A program made the position numbers and the translations under genes. Below are positions 1 to 13,967 of a stretch of 64,000 bases of DNA, one piece after another. Below the pieces are notes generated by a model. The model ran no database searches, was not told where the DNA came from, and saw only the letters and a list, made by a program, of their open reading frames with translations. The first letter of the stretch is position 1. Every line of letters begins with the position of its first letter. The DNA comes from the human T2T-CHM13v2.0 reference genome, Homo sapiens. The stretch lies in NCBI RefSeq assembly GCF_009914755.1, contig NC_060937.1, one strand, 5' to 3'.

Positions 1-1445
1 ATTTTTCTCATGGGAGTCAGTTTTGTGGTTTTATAAAAATCTTTTATTGTACTGAGATGTACTAATGAGTCTTAGCCAAAAGACTCCCTGAGGACTCATT
101 CACATGTTCAGTGTAGATTATATGTAATTTGTGGCAATATGTCAAGCCATATGCCATTTGAATAATCAAATGTAGACACATACACTTAAATTTTGAGCTA
201 CTGCAGTTTCAAAAAAAGCAGCAACACATTCTGAATTTTATAAATCAAGACACGTAGAAAAAGTTAACTGATTTGAAATCAACATGCAAGGTCTAGTTTG
301 GACAATAGGAGGAACATTGCTAAATAGCTCTATGATAGTAAAGTTGGGCCCAAGCGAGAGCTCAATGGCCCTGGGGTTCTTGGCTTTATTGCCACTGTTT
401 TGGCCAGACCGATGGGGTAGAATGTATCTCCTTCATCACCACTTGCTCCTCCACGATGGGATTACCTGGTCTTTTTACTGGAAATTCATTACATTTCATA
501 GGAAGGATAATTATTACTCCTGGATGATATTGGCATCCAGCCCCACCTGGAGGGACTCACCTATCCTGAAAGCTCTGACCAGGAAGACCGGCCACGCTTC
601 AGAGTCTTGTTTGGAACAGAGGCTCTGAGGTGCTTTTAGAAATGTTTAAGCAACATTATTTAAATTATAGCTGAAGATCTTTTCTAAACACATTTGAATT
701 TTTCATTACTCATAGGAGCACAATATATTTTCCAATCACCATTACAGAAATATTTTAAAGTAAATGGGAAGAGGCCGTACATGAAATATTAACACAGTCT
801 CATTAATGAGCATGAATCTGAATTAAAGAAGGCTTGTAGGGTTTTTTGGCTAGATATTTGTTTTAGCAAATATTAAATCATATATGGGATTATCACTTAT
901 AGGGGCTTCTCTTAAAAGTCTGATGATTTACATGATGGATAAGCATTAAATTCAGAATGTGTCTAATTTTATTGGCTATTAAAATTAAGAATCTTGAAAG
1001 AAGAAAGAATTATGGGTTGGAGAAAGACATTGGCTCTTAGGAAAGTTAAATTTCCATTAAGATGATTCTAAACTAACTCTAGTAAGAAATAGTATTTTTA
1101 AGTTCCTAAATTTTGATGTGAGATGAGCAAATAGATTAGGAGATAGTAAAACAACATTAAGTAATAAAAATTGCATTAATGAAAATGTAGGTCAAAAGTA
1201 ATAGTTATACAATATATGACACCTACCTATATGAGCCTTGTTTGTTGTCTGCTCATAGGATCTTTGTCTGAAAGTTGTTTTTTATGAAAATTTATATTAG
1301 CATGAAGTGAATCTCTTTGGATCTCAGATAAGCATCCCATTGTGATTGGCCTGAATGGTTTATAGGCAACAAATTGGTGATGTGTTCTTACACCTAAGAT
1401 GATGCATCCCTGTTTCAGCTCCTTCTCCCCACAAATGCTTATGCA

Positions 1446-1878
1446 TTATAATGGGCTGAACGGGAGCCCTCCGAAAATATTTTCAGGCCCCTATTCTTGG
1501 AGACTGTGAATATGATCTTATTTGGAAAAAGGGTCTTCATTTATATAATTAAGTTACAGATCTTGAGATGAGGAGATGATTCTGGCTTATCTGGGTGGTC
1601 TCTACGTCCAAAACCTACTCTAAAAGTTAGGCAGAGAGAGATTTGAGAGAAAAGAAGGAGGCCATGTGACCACGGGGGGAGGTATTGAAGCAGCCAGGAG
1701 CCAAGGAACACCTGGAACTCCCAGAAGTTGGAAGAGGCAGGAAGGATCCACCCGTTGAGCCTGGTGTGGGTGGGCCAGATTCCAGAGTGCTGGCCTCCAG
1801 TGGTGAGAGGGAACACTTTTCTCTTGTTTTGAGCCACCTAACTTGTTATTTGTTGCAGCCATCCTAGGAAACCATAAA
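1446..1878 (+). mobile_element. MaLR solo LTR, MLT1C/D-like
   Basis: Motifs ttatttggaaaaagggtctt, gatcttgagatgaggagat, agccaaggaacacctgg, ggaagaggcaggaaggat and the ending ttgttgcagccatcctaggaaac. Confidence 0.75.
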
Positions 1879-2278
1879 GTATTTATTGGTTCATCTTGAC
1901 AGATGATAAGAGTAGTAGTTTTATCAGATAACATTGTAGAATTTCCTTGCCACATTTGATTCGTTTTTAAGTGATTCCTACACTTCTCTAACCCAGGTTT
2001 TTGCACGTGGTTTTCCTTACCTGGAACATCCCTTTTCTTTGTCTTTCCAAATCTTATCCATCTTCCCTCAGATCAAGTTCTTGGCCTGATCTGAATTTCC
2101 TTGATCTCATTTTGCCCTACTCAATAATGATTCCTGAAGCTTGCATGACATTTTCCAGTTTACAAAGTACTTCTGTGACATTGTCACCACATTCTTGGAT
2201 GTAAATATTACTATTTCCGTTTTCCAGGTAAATAAGCCTTGGTGAAGTTCAGTGATTCATCAAAGATTGTACAGCAGC

Positions 2279-2708
2279 ATATTAATTTCCTAGGCCTGCC
2301 AAAACCAAGTACCGTAGACTGAGTGGCTTAAAACAACAGATTTATTTTTTCACAGTGCTGGAGGATAGAAGTTCAAAGTCAAGTGTTGGCAGGGTTGGTT
2401 ACTTCTGGAGACTCTGAGGGAGAGGCTGTTCCAAGCCTCTCTCCCAGCTTGTGGTGGTAGCCAGCCATTGGCATTCCTGCCTTACAGACCCCAGTTCCTG
2501 GCTTGCAAACCTATCACCCCAATCTGTGCCTCCATCACATGGCCCTGTCCCTCTGTGTGTTCTCTCCTCTTCTCACAAAGATTTAATCCAGCCGGACCGC
2601 ATCTTAATTTAGCTGATTTCATCTACAAAGACCCTATTGCCAAATAAGGTCATATTCTGTTGATCTGGGTGGACGTGAATTTTAGGGTACACTATACAAG
2701 CCACTACA
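2279..2708 (-). mobile_element. MaLR solo LTR, MLT1C-like, apparently inserted in a MIR
   Basis: tattaatttcctagg...gtggcttaaaacaacagatttatt...cacagtgctggagg...accctattgccaaataaggtcatattctg. MIR-like sequence lies on both flanks. Confidence 0.75.
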
Positions 2709-4403
2709 GGCTAGCAGTGACAACACTGTGTCTTATTTTCCCCCAAGTTCACTGTGCTTTTCTCTCTTCACCACATCGTGGGGTGACATTCCTAATGTGT
2801 TTATTGTCTGTACTCATAGAATTCATGTGGCATAGTGGAAGGAGGGTGGAAAGGGCAGGATCCCTGCCTGGGGCCCAGCTGGCCAGGGTTTGATTTCCAG
2901 CTCCATTACTCTGTGCCTTTGAGGAGGATAAGGACCCTCAGTTGCCACACCATGATATTTATCATTAAAGAAAATATAATTATGAGCCTCATAAATTTGT
3001 CCTGAAGCTTAAGTACAGGACAAGCAATAAATGCAGATACAATTATTTTTACTCATTTTTTCAAGTATGTGAGTCATCTATTTCCCCAACAATGGCTGAA
3101 GGTCTTCAGTGCAGGAATACAACAGTACTTCGTAACATTTTGAACTCATCAGTCACAGATATTGAAGACCAGAAAATATTGCAGGAGTTATCGAGTCAAC
3201 TTTTGCCATATATTCAGAGGAGAATATTGGTGGCCCCATTGAGTTGCTCAAATAAAGTAAGTGGTAAAGTGTCCTTGACTTGTTTAAAAAAAACAGAGTC
3301 AATTCTTTTATCTTATAAAAGTGCTCACATTATATAAAGTAATATTTTGAAAGTCATGTTAGAATGTGTATTTTTATATACATGCGGTTACTGGTATCAC
3401 TTTAGTAGATGATAGGAAAGGTACAACCACTCCCATTATATTACAGTATTTTCTGGCCCTTCTTATGACACTTGACTTCAGTGGAAGATATGTGCAGAAA
3501 ATTGAGATATTTCTCTAACTATAGTATTAAATTAAATATATAAACATATAATATAAAAAATATATAAAAATATTGTATAACATTAAATTCTCTAAATATA
3601 GTATTAAATACAGAAAATTGAGATATTTCTCAACTACAATATTAAAAGAGAAAACAGAAAACAAAATGTTTTAGTTTATGTTAATGTAACATTTTGTTTT
3701 TCACAGAATATTTGGGATGCTTTGTGATGAGTAGCTCCCTTTGAAGGGAATTTTGTAAAAAAAATATATATTCTTTACCATTTAGTTTTATAACTAATAC
3801 TTTAATCAGGCATACAGTTGTGTGAAATGTTACTGCACATTTTAAAAGATCCTTTCCATATGATTTCCCCTTATAAAATTAAAACATTCTCTACAATTTA
3901 TATACATATTTTGAGTTGTAATTTTATGATGGCATAAAAACTTACAGCCACCTTATCTAGTGTGCTTGCAAATACATCTTTCTGTGGTGGATTTTGATTG
4001 TATTTGTCAGGATTCCTTCGTTGTAGCTCTAAACCACAACCCTGCAGATAAAATTGTAATCTCAGACACGTAGGCCCTGATCATTACTGTTCATGTCACT
4101 GATTTCCACAGGCCTTTACGGGAATCACATCACTAAAACGTTGCTGATGGGAATGACGTGAGGAAAAGAATGAAGTCACTGATTTGTAGCCCGTCTGTAA
4201 AATACGTAGATTTTTTTCTTCTGTTTAAAAATAGCGTATCTCTATCTTTGAATAAACTAAGTTTGAAATGTTCCTATTGTTTAGATTTATGCTGTTATGC
4301 AGGTCCCCGAGTAGAGATCTTTGTCTCATTGATGCTGCAATGCTGCAGTCGATTCTAGATGATCTAGTGATGAAAGCCAACCTCTTTGCCTTTAAACATT
4401 TTT

Positions 4404-4664
<261 letters not shown>

Positions 4665-5929
4665 CCTTAAACATTTTTATATAACATGCTTGCGGGATCT
4701 CTGTCTGTTGAGCTTCTCAGTTCCACCTGTGTCAGGAACACCTTTCATAACGTGTCCTTTACCTCCCTGGAGATTTGTGGGGGACACATTGTACCCAAGA
4801 AGACTCTGAGATTGAACTTTTAAATTAAAAAACAAAAAACATGAACTAATCAACAGGGCAGTTTTCATTTGTTTCTCTCCTTTTCTCCAGGCAGAATCCC
4901 CAGACATAACAATCAAATCAGTCTGGTCTAAGCCAAACTGATACTCTTAAAAGCTATTTGACAAAGGTATTTTGACCTGCACAGAAAGAAGTTAATTTAC
5001 ATCTGTATTTGTTCACCTCTTGAGCAGGCGTTTTGAAAAATAAAAAGTAGCTCTACTAGGCTCCTGGTGTTCCACTGCTGACACGAATTTCCCCTTTGGC
5101 AGTATTGTGTGGGAGGCATGATCCACCTTTTCTTACCTAGGTTTTGTTAAGACAAAATGTAATACCTCATTTAGAGAATCTTCTGCTTCTTCACATATTT
5201 AATATATTCTTTTATTTCATGAGCTGACAGAAAGTTATAAAACTTTAGATTGTTCAGAATATTGATAGTTTATGGCTAGTTGGTATATTTTTTCATAAAG
5301 GAATCAATGAGGCACATTCATAAATTTCAGCTGTGTCAATTTCAAGGGACTATCCATATACAGATTTCTAGATATCTAGATGGGACTCTTAACAACATTA
5401 CTATAGGTTCCTAATAACCTTCTTTGTTAATTAGTATTCATCAATTTAAAGTGAATCAGAAGGAAAGCAAAAAAAAAAAAAACTAGCGGATAGAATCACT
5501 TAATGGGAAAGTAAAAGAATAGAAGCTCTTGCTTATAAATATTGATGATATACAGACATCAGTTTACCACTACAGAAGAAATTGAGACTCTTTTCAGCAA
5601 ACCTCAGATAGAAAGCTGAAACCAGGCAGGGAAAATAATTGGACACATTTATATTTGCTGCAAATGATCACTTATTTATTTTGCTAAAATCCAATCTTCA
5701 CATATATTCTGTGATATATTGAATTCAAGGGTTTATCTCAAAACTTTGCATTTTAAATTATCACCACTTCCAACACCAGAAAAGTGGTTTAATTAAAAAT
5801 TTAATTCCAACCACTTATTTCCTAAGGATTATCTTTTGCATCATATAAATAACATGAGAAAGGGATTATAAATTTGATGGATGTATGAATTTACTTTCAT
5901 TTTGTGAATATTGATGATGTTTCTCAGAG

Positions 5930-6360
5930 CAGGGAGCTTATCGACTCTCAAGATTCAGTTGCACATACACGATGATTCCCAGATCTCCACTCTATTTCTG
6001 CTGTGGGCTGCATATTGACTTTTTAATATCTCTATTAGTATAGCATCTTAAATTCAACAGAAGCAAAGTCAACTAAACTCCCTACCCATCTCCCACTCCC
6101 ACTCTTTCTCTCTCAACTCACCTCAAAAAAGTAAAAAAGAAAATAAATAAAGCTGATTTTTTGTATTTGTCCCCCCTTTCAATTAATGGCAAAACCAGAC
6201 ACCCAATTAATTACCAAGTACAAGCTACTGTCTTTCTTATTTAACTCTCAATCCAAATACTCCACTTCTTATCTCAGTACCCTGGTTCACATCACCCTCC
6301 TTGTTCTCTGGACTACTTCAGTAGTCCCTCAACACTAATTGATGGAATGAGTACTAATTA
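5930..6360. mobile_element. L2 fragment (old)
   Basis: gatgattcccagatctcc...agcatcttaaattcaacagaagcaaa...aactcc resembles L2 3' ORF2 sequence. Confidence 0.45.
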
Positions 6361-6388
6361 TCATTAAAGAATAAAGGAATGAATGAAT

Positions 6389-6663
6389 TTTGTTTTGTTT
6401 TGATTTGATTTTTGAGATGAAGTCTCATTGTTGCCCAGGCTGGAGTGCAACGGCGCGATCTCGGCTCACTGAAACCTCTGCCTCCCAGATTCAAGCGATT
6501 CTTCAGCCTCAGCCTCCTGAGTAGCTGGAACCACAGGCGCCCACCACCACACCCGGCTGATTTTTGTAGTTTTAATAGGGATGGGGTTTCACCATATTGG
6601 CCAGGTTGGTCTTAAACTCCTGATCTCAGGTGATCCACCTGCCTTGGCCTCCCAAACTGCTAG
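6389..6663 (-). mobile_element. Alu (AluS), slightly 5'-truncated
   Basis: Antisense Alu with (TTTTG)n tail, flanked by tgaatgaat at 6380-6388 and 6664-6672. Confidence 0.92.
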
Positions 6664-9555
6664 TGAATGAATATTTTTACTTAAAGGAATATTAACTGCC
6701 TCAAATTCATTTAGTTTTTTTGTTTCTCTGATAACTCTCTTCAAAGTTAAATGTGATTACTTTGATTTGATTTGTTAATAATAGACCTAAACTATTGGCA
6801 CTGATGGATGCTCTACTTACCAGTTGGGCATAAATGATACCTTTTAAACATTTCTGTCCCCAAGCTTATTTCTCATAGTTGAAGAATAAATTTTGCTTTC
6901 TCTCTTCAGAACCAGAACTTCCAAATTATTTTCACATTTTTGTTTTTCACCTACCTGGTAGTAGAACAGACACAATTCAGAAGATGTAATTGAGATTCCT
7001 TAATATTTTGGGCTTATATTGCTTTTTAAAATATATTCGGCAAGATTAGTTTTTTCCTTGTAACCAGATAAAAATTTGGGCAGCTCCAGTGATATTTCTG
7101 GTCTCTGTCTAGTCATACAATGTCATTTATTTGCTTTACTTGGCACTCACAGACCCAATTCAGTAACTAAGAACTGTAATCGTCAAAACAACAGATTTAA
7201 TGGAAAGTGAAGTCTCCTCATGCCTCAGATACTGCCTAGACATTGTACGGTGGCCTAGAAAGTGCCTTTTTCTTCCTTTTCATGCCATGCTTTGCCTCTA
7301 CTGATGTGCATTGTTTCACTGTGGTTTCCTGCACACTGTGCTTCACGTGTGCAAAGCTAACACTCACTCAGGTGCTTTTCTGGGCGTCTTAGGGGGACCG
7401 ACTTTCCCAGGTGTGGGTGATGCTCATCTTTGGCTGGCTGCTCCCCCTCGACCCTGGTTTTGGGGTTGATTCCACATAGACCCTCTCTACTGGACTCCAT
7501 GATTTCCAACTTCCCATGTGTCTCTTGGCAGGATTTAACACAGCTCTGGCTTGTGTACCAGATGAAGCCCTACCACCATATCCTTCGCTATCAAAACCTC
7601 CATCTGTGGTGTGGTCTTTGTTTTCATGTGCTGGCTCAGAACAGCTCAGGCCGCTGCAGCAGAAGCCATTATCCCTCCCACATCGTCGCACATATCCCCA
7701 TCCTTTGTGCTTCTTCCCAGGGCCAAAGGCCAGTGCACAGTATCTTCCTAGCCAGTGAGACAAGGCAAAGGTGTAAGAAGGTTCCCATGAAGCCTCCCTT
7801 CTCTTGACTTAGAGGACAAAGGAAGAAACCGTGGAAATGCACTTATGTCCACATTTGGATGTTATTAAAGCAATAAAGCAATCGCTATTGTGTACTCAAA
7901 TTGAGCACAAGATCAATAGATTGATAGATGTAGACTTTGGTGTATGAAGTAAATACAGTAGAGAGCTAGATAGATGGGCAGGCACACACATAAATCAAAT
8001 ACCACTACTGACAGACACACATGCATATTAGCCATGCTGTAGTCTTGGATATTCCTACATGTCTAACCTGAGGGTAGCTTTGTTAGAGGAACTTTAACTT
8101 TTAGCACTTTAACTACATGGAAATGTAGATTTCAATATCAGAAATATATTGAAGATATATGTGAGATACTGTAATTAGCATTTGATTTGACCTTAGCATA
8201 CCTAACAAGGTAGCCTGTGCAAGCTTCAGAAAAGTCTCTAATTTTAATGCAGAGAATTACATATAATTCTCTAATTTACATGTAAATTATGGATAATCTT
8301 AGCTAGGTAAGAGTAATAGGGAAGGAAAATTAAGGCGTATTTATAAGAGAACTAAGTAGTGAATCTCTACACAATGCCCCTAAAGGCCCACCTAGGGACA
8401 TAACACCATGGTTTTGCTATTCAGAGGCATTGGTGTGTGCACTTACTGAACTACAGGGAGTTGAAGAGTGGCAACATCCATGTTTTCACCCTTTGCCCAG
8501 GGCTCCGTTTCCTCTCGTCTCTCTGTTCTGTAGCCTGTGAGGCAGTGCACCACTGACAAGCATGCTGAGACCCATTAGGCTCTGTGCACAATACTCATTT
8601 TGCAGCTCAGACGGCTTCTCCTTTCACATACAGTTCTCCTACAGTGGACGATTCTCATCCCTTTGCCTCGATCTGTCAGACTTCGTCGTCCCACATTATT
8701 CTCTTTGCTTTCCTTTATACCTTCAAGAGCTCCATTATCTTTCTTTAGGAGTCCTAAACAGTGCTGTGCAGCATCTATCCCTGTCTTTTCCTGAGCTACG
8801 TAGCAGGAAGGAGTTTCTCAGCTGTCAGCAACAAGACAGAGTAGACAAAACAAGAAAATGGAAAATTATTGAGGTCCATCAGGATTCCATCTCAGGAATA
8901 AACTGTACTAAATTTTCAAAGAGCAGAAAATGATTACAGGGAATAGATTCCCCAGGAAAAGTTAAGCAGACAGACAAGGGATGCTGAAGTGATCTAGAGG
9001 TTATCCACAGCAGAAAGTAGCTGCATTACCTAAGGTTAAAGGATCATGGGAGGAGAAGTTACCTCTGGACCCCAGGAGCTGAGGGCAGGAGGTGGAAGCC
9101 ACATGTTTCTACAAGGCCACTACTCTGGAAGAATTGGGCTATGAAAAGTGGGCTGCAAGACAAAAATGGAATCAGGGAGGAAATTCAGCCCTTGTAGGAG
9201 AGGAAGATAATTACCAAAACTTGGACCCTCCTCCTGCCTTGTCATTTTCTGCAGTGCTTTTAGGGTTGTAGCCCTATCTGGAAGGCCAGGCTGAGAACCC
9301 CACTGCCTCAATGCATCTTAGGGCAGAAAAGGGCACAGATTCATTCGAGAGCAAATGGGCGTACCTTGAAGAAAAAAGACATCACAAAGCACAATTTGTG
9401 GCAGAGTCCAGGTCTCTTGAAAGTGCATACCTAGACAAAGTTAGAGTTGATAGATACAGACATATAAGTTAAGGCTGGCTACCCTTGGAAAAAGGAATTA
9501 GAGATAATTTTTAATTTTGTTACTTTTAGTACATTCCAAATTTTACAAATGTATA

Positions 9556-9923
9556 TGATATGCTTAGGCTTTATGTCCCCACCCAAATCTCATCTTGAAT
9601 TGTAATCTCCATAATCCCCAAAGGAGAGACCAGGTGGAGGTGATTGAATCACGGGGGTGGTTTGCCCTCTGCTGGTCTTGTGACAGTGAGTTCTAACAAG
9701 ATCTGATGGTTTTATAAGGAGCTCTTTCCCCTTCGCTCAGCACTTCTCCTTCCTGCAGCCTTGTGAAGAAGGCACCTTGCTTCCTGTTTGCCTTCCGCCA
9801 TGATTGTAAGTTCCCTGAGGCCTCCCTAGCCATGCTGAACTGTGAGGCAATTAAGCCTCTTTCCTTTATAAATTACTCAGTCTCAGATAGTTCTTTACAG
9901 CTGTGTGAAAACAGACGAATACA
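9556..9923 (+). mobile_element. MaLR solo LTR, THE1-family (THE1C/D-like)
   Basis: tgatatg...gtccccacccaaatctcatcttgaattgtaa...gccttccgccatgattgtaagtt...gaataca, with TG...CA termini. Confidence 0.88.
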
Positions 9924-10704
9924 ACATGTAACATATTTTACAAAATATTTTTAAAAGGTTAGCCCCTGCTGTTTTCCTTGGCTTATTAAAAATTTAGTCT
10001 TTTAACCCTGATAACCTCCTCAATCCAAGGATGATATTTTAATAACCTTTGATATTAGCCATATCAAAGGCAATCTGAAAATCTAAATAGATGCCCATTT
10101 ACTAAATTTACATATAAGCCATTCCTAGCCCCCTAAAATAATAGTTTTGTTGATGGATTATGCTAATCGATAAAATCATTAAAATTCAGTGTGAAGTGGC
10201 CAGAGATCAAAACTCAATTAAATAGATAAGAAACTGTGGTTCAGAGAAGCTGACTATCATGTTCCCACAATTAATTATCCCAGCACATGGCCCATGAGTG
10301 TTTCTATAGGTTGAGAAGCAGAAACTATAATAGATTGAGAATCCCTTCTTCTTAACCCTTGGTCTATTGTTCCTTCTACTTTACCACGCTCTCATTTTTA
10401 TATCATTTTCTCCAAAATTCCAACACCATATATGGCATATATAGCGTACCACAATAACCAGGGATTTTTTGAAAAATACTGCACTTTATTGCCACCCTCT
10501 TAGATGAAAGTATTTGAAAGTTTTTTTTTTCCCTCTACAAGAACTTTTCAAAAAATGCTAACTCCCCTAAGAAAATAGCTTAGCCCTGAGTATACTTATA
10601 GTCCAATCTCATCTTAAACCTATCAGCAATTTAAAAATACGTCAATATCTGCTCTAATGGCTGTTCTCAGAAGGACTGTGTTTCTTTATTTAAAATGCAC
10701 TGTA

Positions 10705-11007
<303 letters not shown>

Positions 11008-13477
11008 TAAAATGCACTGTGTACAGTTACTTCCTGCAAACCCTGCTCCCTTGCTCCTTTCTCACCTGCCAGCACCACATAGAAGGACTGAGTTAACAGA
11101 GCATCCTAAGCTCCTAGTAGCTGGAGCTGTGATTCTCATACGTAACGTGCATCCAACTTAACTGGGGAGCAAGTTTAAAATGCAGCTTCCTGGATTTCTC
11201 TCCAATAAATAATGACTAAAGAGGTCTGGGGTGAAGTTGAAAGCATTTGCATTTTTATTAAACACCAGAGGACATTCTCCTTTAGGGAATCTGGAAAGCA
11301 CATTTTGACAGACACTAAAATTATTAGCCACATAGTAGGTGCTCACATTTCACAGTTTTGCATTATTCTCTCACTCGGTACAAGGCACAGCGAGAAAGGA
11401 GGCTGGAGACATAAAGAACTCACTATTCCCCAGCTCCAGCCAACCCCTGGACCTTCTTTAACAAGGTGAAGTAAGCCAATTGCTCTTGCTTTCAGTTCAG
11501 GGAATTAAAATCCAGTGTTGGTGGATAGAGCTATTTCTGTGGCGCTCTCTTGCCTTTGGATTTCAGTTTCCTTGGTGATTAGCCAAGCATGAGCCTGACA
11601 CCCTTCAGTTAGGAAGAAAATCCATGTGGTTTGGCACTTTGTAACTTTTGTTCTCTTTGTGGAGCCAGGAAACTCAGTGTCTTGATGAATTTTGAGTCAC
11701 AGACATGGTGAAAGTTTTATACCCCTTTTTTCATATATAGATGACATAATTTATCTTTTAATTGTATTTATTGCAGTGCTGGAGTGTTACAGCAAGTACT
11801 TCCAAAAAAGCCGCATACTGTCACTGCTCTCAAGTTTATATTGCACCCCTCATTTGGCATCCACACTGGAGCATTTAAATGAGGATCGCTAACTGCCGCA
11901 GCATAAGCAAAATGCTAAGTTTTCTTTTGAGTTATTTTATTGAACAGAATCATTCCAAAGGAAATTTTGAATACATGACAATTTCCTTAAAGATCCATAT
12001 TGAGTCGCATGAATATAAATTTCTCTATTACATGCATGAGAGACGCTGCCATGTACTGCATGAATCCTGTCTTCCAATCTTGAGAAGGAAAAATAAATAC
12101 ATAAAGCCTGAAGATCAGTTATGTAAAGAGAGTGGGGAAAAGGAAGGCATAAACCCAGCCTCTATCTTTGGCTACTTTCATGCTTTTCTCCTTTCATCCC
12201 ACAAATAATAAACCAAAAAAGATGAGCAAGGCCCTGAGCCAAGCAGCTGCCCTGAGTGACCCTGGAGAGCCTTCGACCTAAAATCTTCTCTCTGCTGCTC
12301 CAGCAGCACCAACCTGCTCTCCCCAGTGGCACAGCAGAGAGCAGACCTTTGTGTGTCAGCAGACCTGACACTCCAGACTCAAAAAGCTCTAGGTGAATTC
12401 TAATACAGGCTGAGTTTCTCCTCAGTGCTTTTTCTTTCCTAGAAATGCTTCCATCTCACTAGGCTCTGAGGCTCACTTTCCTTTGAATTGCCCGGGAGGC
12501 CACTGGCCTTGTCTGCACTGTTGTGCAGCTTTTCTTTGTTTCTTCTCTATGCAAAGTTATTGCCCCTTCCTGGAGCTGGAGGCGGCGGCCCTCAGTGAAG
12601 TCCAGGTGCTGCGTATAGATGCTGATGAGTTTAATGGGCTCTCCTTTCTAGGGAGACTTCTTTTCTTAGGAAGCATTTCCTTCATAAGTTGTCAATCAGT
12701 GAATTTCACCTGAGACAATTATGGGTCTAGAATGAGAAGCTTTTTATTGGGAGGCAGCCTATTTAGCAGCCTCAAGACAGATTACCTAGGTAATGCCATG
12801 AGTCCTTCTCAAGTAAGTCATGTATAAAACTCTGGAAAACGGCAAAGAAGAAGGTACAGGTGAGCATTAGAAACATCAATTAGGGATATTCATGAGAAAA
12901 CTATAGTAAAAACTATGCAAAGGTAGGTAGGAACAAGCCTTTTTATTTATCTCCAAAGCCACCAAGAGACACACAGAGAGAGAGAGAGAAAGAATGGGAG
13001 AGATAGGAAGAAAGAGCTAGAGAGAGAGGTCAGCATTACTGCCTATGTGTTGTAGATGAGAAGCCTTGGAAACTCAGTAACTTGCCCTGGTTATCCAGGC
13101 CCTGGGGCTTGTTGAAGCTGGACTCCAGAAGGTATGTCACTGAGCAAGGCCAATGCACTTTTGACAACAGCTTGATGCCTCTCAGAGACTTGGGCCTAGA
13201 AAGGCAGAGTTGGCCTTGGTTGCTGGAGAAGCTGGAAAGGAGTTTATTGAAAGGAAAGGCAGCAGTGATGGCAAGGGAGGAATCTGTGAGTAGGGTAGAG
13301 GAAAGTAGGGAGTACAATGGGGAAAATGGGAAAATGCTGTAAAGCGAAGGATTTAATTAGGCAAAATGTACATATTTCTGTAGACAGTGAGGATTTATCA
13401 GGGATCCAACATGATCGATCATCAAGTTAGATATTTTTTTTCCATTTCCATCTTTTCTTCAGAATTAACTCCCAGGT

Positions 13478-13967
13478 TGTGATGATTAACTTATGTGTCG
13501 GTTTCACTGGGCCATGGGATGCCCAGATGGCTGCTTGAACATCATTTCTGAGGGTGTCTTCGAGGTGTTTTAGGAAGAGATTAGCATTTGAACAGTAGAC
13601 TGATTAAGCTGTTGCCCTCCCTAGCTTCAAGTGGGTGGGTGGGCACCACCCAATCCCTTGAGGGCCTGAATAGTGCAAAAGAGAGGAAGGTTGAAATCTC
13701 TCTGCTTGACTGCTTGAGCTACAATATCAATCTCCTGCCCTTGGTACTCCTGGATTTCGGGCCCTCTGACTTAGACTGGAATCTACACTATTGGCTCTCT
13801 GGCTGTCAGGCTTTCGAACTACCTTGTCGACTTTCCTGGGTCTCCAGCTTGCAGATGGCAGATTGTGGGACTTCTCAGCCCCCATAATTATGTGAGCCAA
13901 TAACTCAGACTATATATATTATACTATACTACTGGTTCTATTCATTTGGAGAACCCTGATGAATACA
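13478..13967 (+). mobile_element. ERVL solo LTR, MLT2-family
   Basis: tgtgatgattaacttatgtgtc...gggatgcccagat...ccagcttgcagatggcagattgtgggacttctcagcc...ggagaaccctgatgaataca. Confidence 0.85.

Noticed and set aside
284-628. 114-aa ATG-initiated ORF
   Set aside because: No recognisable domain, splice context, poly-A or TSD. This length is expected by chance in 64 kb.
7389-7807. Overlapping 124/125-aa ORFs on opposite strands
   Set aside because: Locally higher GC reduces stop frequency, and I recognise no protein similarity.
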